NCBI GenBank assembly: GCA_965218785.1
Contig: OZ244650.1
Location: 1,216,001-1,280,000 of the forward strand
Direction of reading: 5' to 3'
Source of the DNA: Nitrosopumilus sp.
Lineage (GTDB): Archaea; Thermoproteota; Nitrososphaeria; Nitrososphaerales; Nitrosopumilaceae
DNA: 64,000 nucleotides
The translations under genes and the position numbers were made by a program. The notes beneath the pieces were generated by a model. That model was not told the origin of the DNA. It worked only from the letters and a program-made list of their open reading frames with translations, and searched no databases. This document shows, piece by piece, positions 47,801-50,800 of this stretch; the stretch's first letter is position 1; every line of letters starts with the position of its first letter.

Positions 47801-50800
47801 TCAGATACGCTAAATTCGGCAGTAGTGGGACTGGTGAAGATGGGCTCAGTTGTCTTGACGTATATGTTGTTATTACTATTCACGGCAGTGGCAGAAACAA
47901 TGGCTGGCGCTACAGTATCAAGTGTGATACTGTGTATGGCAGATGCCGCGTTGTCGACGGTCCCAGCAGCTGCCGCACCTGCAGGAATTGACACATTGAT
48001 GGTGCCATCAGCGGTACCATCAGTGAGGGCAGTTACGGTAAAGGCGTACGTGGTGCCGGATCCAGTTGGGAGGGAGACAGTTGTATCAGCAGTTCCAGTT
48101 ACTGTGACATCAGTTGCGGCATCGCCAAAGCCCGTTACGGGCACATCGAATGTGGCAGTGTATAATATGGTACCAGAGTTTGTAGCACCGCCATCAGAGA
48201 CATCAGTTGCGATTATGTCCACGGTTGGTATAGCAGGGTCTGGCACGTTGTTTGTCACGGACACTGGTGTAAATGATGCAAGTGCGTGTCCAGCAACATC
48301 AGTTACGTCAGTACCAGTGTATGATACTGTGGGCGTGTCTCCAAACTGTATTGGCGTATCTACTGTAAGTGTTATGGTACTGCCAGTTATTGCAACGTTT
48401 GATACGCGGTTACTAGAAACGGCAAAGATTCCCTCAGTATCAGTTTCTGCAAGGGGTTCTGATGCGGTAATTGCAATCGTGGTTGCCGAAGTGGTTGCAG
48501 CAGAGATAAATTCAGGTGCAATCATATCTGTTGTAACGGTGTATGTGTTAGACGCTGCGTTTCTGTTTCCTGCCGTATCTGTTGCCACACCTGCGGGAAT
48601 CGTTACTTTGACTATACCATCAGAGGTGGCAGTTACAACAATGGTGTACGTGGTGCCGGATCCACTAAATGAAGTGATAGATGCGGTGGCCGTATTATCG
48701 AATAGGACATCCTTCACGTCATCAAGAAAGCCAGTTACAGGCTTTGTAAAGGTGGCAGTGTAGGTTATGGTGTAAGAGTCAGTGGTACCGCCATTAGCGG
48801 TTTCAGTGTTAGATATGATTACAGCCGGTGATATAGTATCAATTATTACAGCAGAGCTGCCGGCAAGTGAATCACCAGAACCAGTTGCAGGAAGTGTGAG
48901 TGTTACGGCAGAACCGCCATCACGGGTAGTAATTACTCCGGTGCCCGCAGATAGCGAGTTTATATCGGCATAGTTGAGATCAGCAGAATTGTGTCCTGCG
49001 GCAACGGTATACACGAATATCAGTTGGGTTCCAGTATCCGCAACACGGTCAAAGTCGACTACAGCATCAATCCTGCCAGTCTCCAGTGTCAAAGTGGGGG
49101 GGGTGCCAGATACAGATACAGGCGTGTTAAATGTTACAGTGATGGTGATCTTGTTACCTACAGTGTATGAACCGGATGGTGCCGATACCCCGGTTACAAT
49201 TGGTGATACCGAGTTTGAGCCAAATACTGTAAAGTGTGTAGTCCAGATTATCAGGTCAGGGCTTACGTCTATAAAGCACTCTTCGCCGCTGTCAAGCTGC
49301 GCTGATACAGAGGCAAAATTATCGGCAGCACACGCTGTAGTTATCTGGGTAGCTGCTGCACCGTCCTCAGAATACCATGGAACGTTGCCTGCCTGGTCTC
49401 CAAGCTGTATCCGTATTGGCTTATCAGTGTTTATCACAGAATTAGATTGTCCTATCTCGATGCAGGATGCCCGCGCACCGGAAGTTATTGCAGCAGAGTT
49501 ACAACCAGTGTCAAAGTCAGAGTCAGTTGGCAATACCAGTATTCCATCAAAGGTGGGCGAGCTAAAAACGGTGGCGGCAGGAACAGTCACCTTGACATCC
49601 CCTCCACGCAGACCTTTCGCAGTTACTACGATCTCTTCGTTTGTCGTGACAGTTGAAACTTCTGCTGTGGTTGCTATCCTTGATGAATAATCCAGCGTGG
49701 CATCAACTGTACTTGGATATGTGATTGTGGCAAGGGTGGAATCAGGATCAGTGACTATGACGCGGTTGTCAATACCGGCAAGTTCGACGGTTTCTTCTGC
49801 TGTTACCAGATAGTCAACTAGTGCTTCAAGCACAAGTTCTGAGGCACTTGTCTTTACTGGACCATCTATGTCGATTGTGGCAGTGGTTCCTGCTGGGACT
49901 GCAGATGAGAGGGTGAGTAATATGGTATCAGTGGTGGTACCAGTAACTGACGTTACTGTAGGTGTTGAAGAGTCAGTTGTTATCAGGTCATCATAATCGG
50001 ATAGAATCGTGGTTACTGGTGTGTTGTAGATTATGGTGATTGTATTAGTGGAGAGTCTTGCGGAGATTATCGCAGGTACTGCCGCATCGACTGCGACGGT
50101 ATATGTGTTGGATGCCGCGTTTTGATTGCCTGCGGGATCTGCTGCCACATTTTCAGGTACAGATACAATGACGGTACCATCCGAGAGGGTTACAACATCA
50201 AAGGTGTATGTGGTGCCTGCCATAACTGTTGCAAAGTTTGATGCACCAAGCATGCTAAATGCCGTTCCAGATACTGCGATATCGTCCATATCAAAGCCTG
50301 TTACAGGCTCGTTGAAGGTGACAGTGTAGGATACGGTGTCAGTAGGTGAGGTGCCGTTATCAGCGACAACGTCGTTAGATATGATTACAGTTGGCGCTTC
50401 AGTATCCACAATTACTGCAGATCTGCCGCCAAGTGATGCAGTATCAGTAGCTGCAGGAAGGCTCAGATCTGCTGCAACACCGCCAGTACTGGCAACAATG
50501 GTTCCGCTGCTTAATACAAGCGGGGTTGTATCGACATAGTTAAGATCAGCCGAGTTGTGTCCTGCGGCAACAGTATATTGGAATGCCAGTTCGGTTCCAG
50601 GTGTGTTGGAGGTATAGACAACCACGGCATCATCATCACCAGTCTCCAGTGTCAGATGCAGGACTCCAGATAAGGTTACTGACTGGTCAAACGTTACTGT
50701 GATCTCAATGATATCACCTTCTTTGTATGGACCTCCGGTTGCCAATATGTCAGTTACAGCCGGTGCATTGATGGTCAAAATGTCTGATTCATCAGATATG

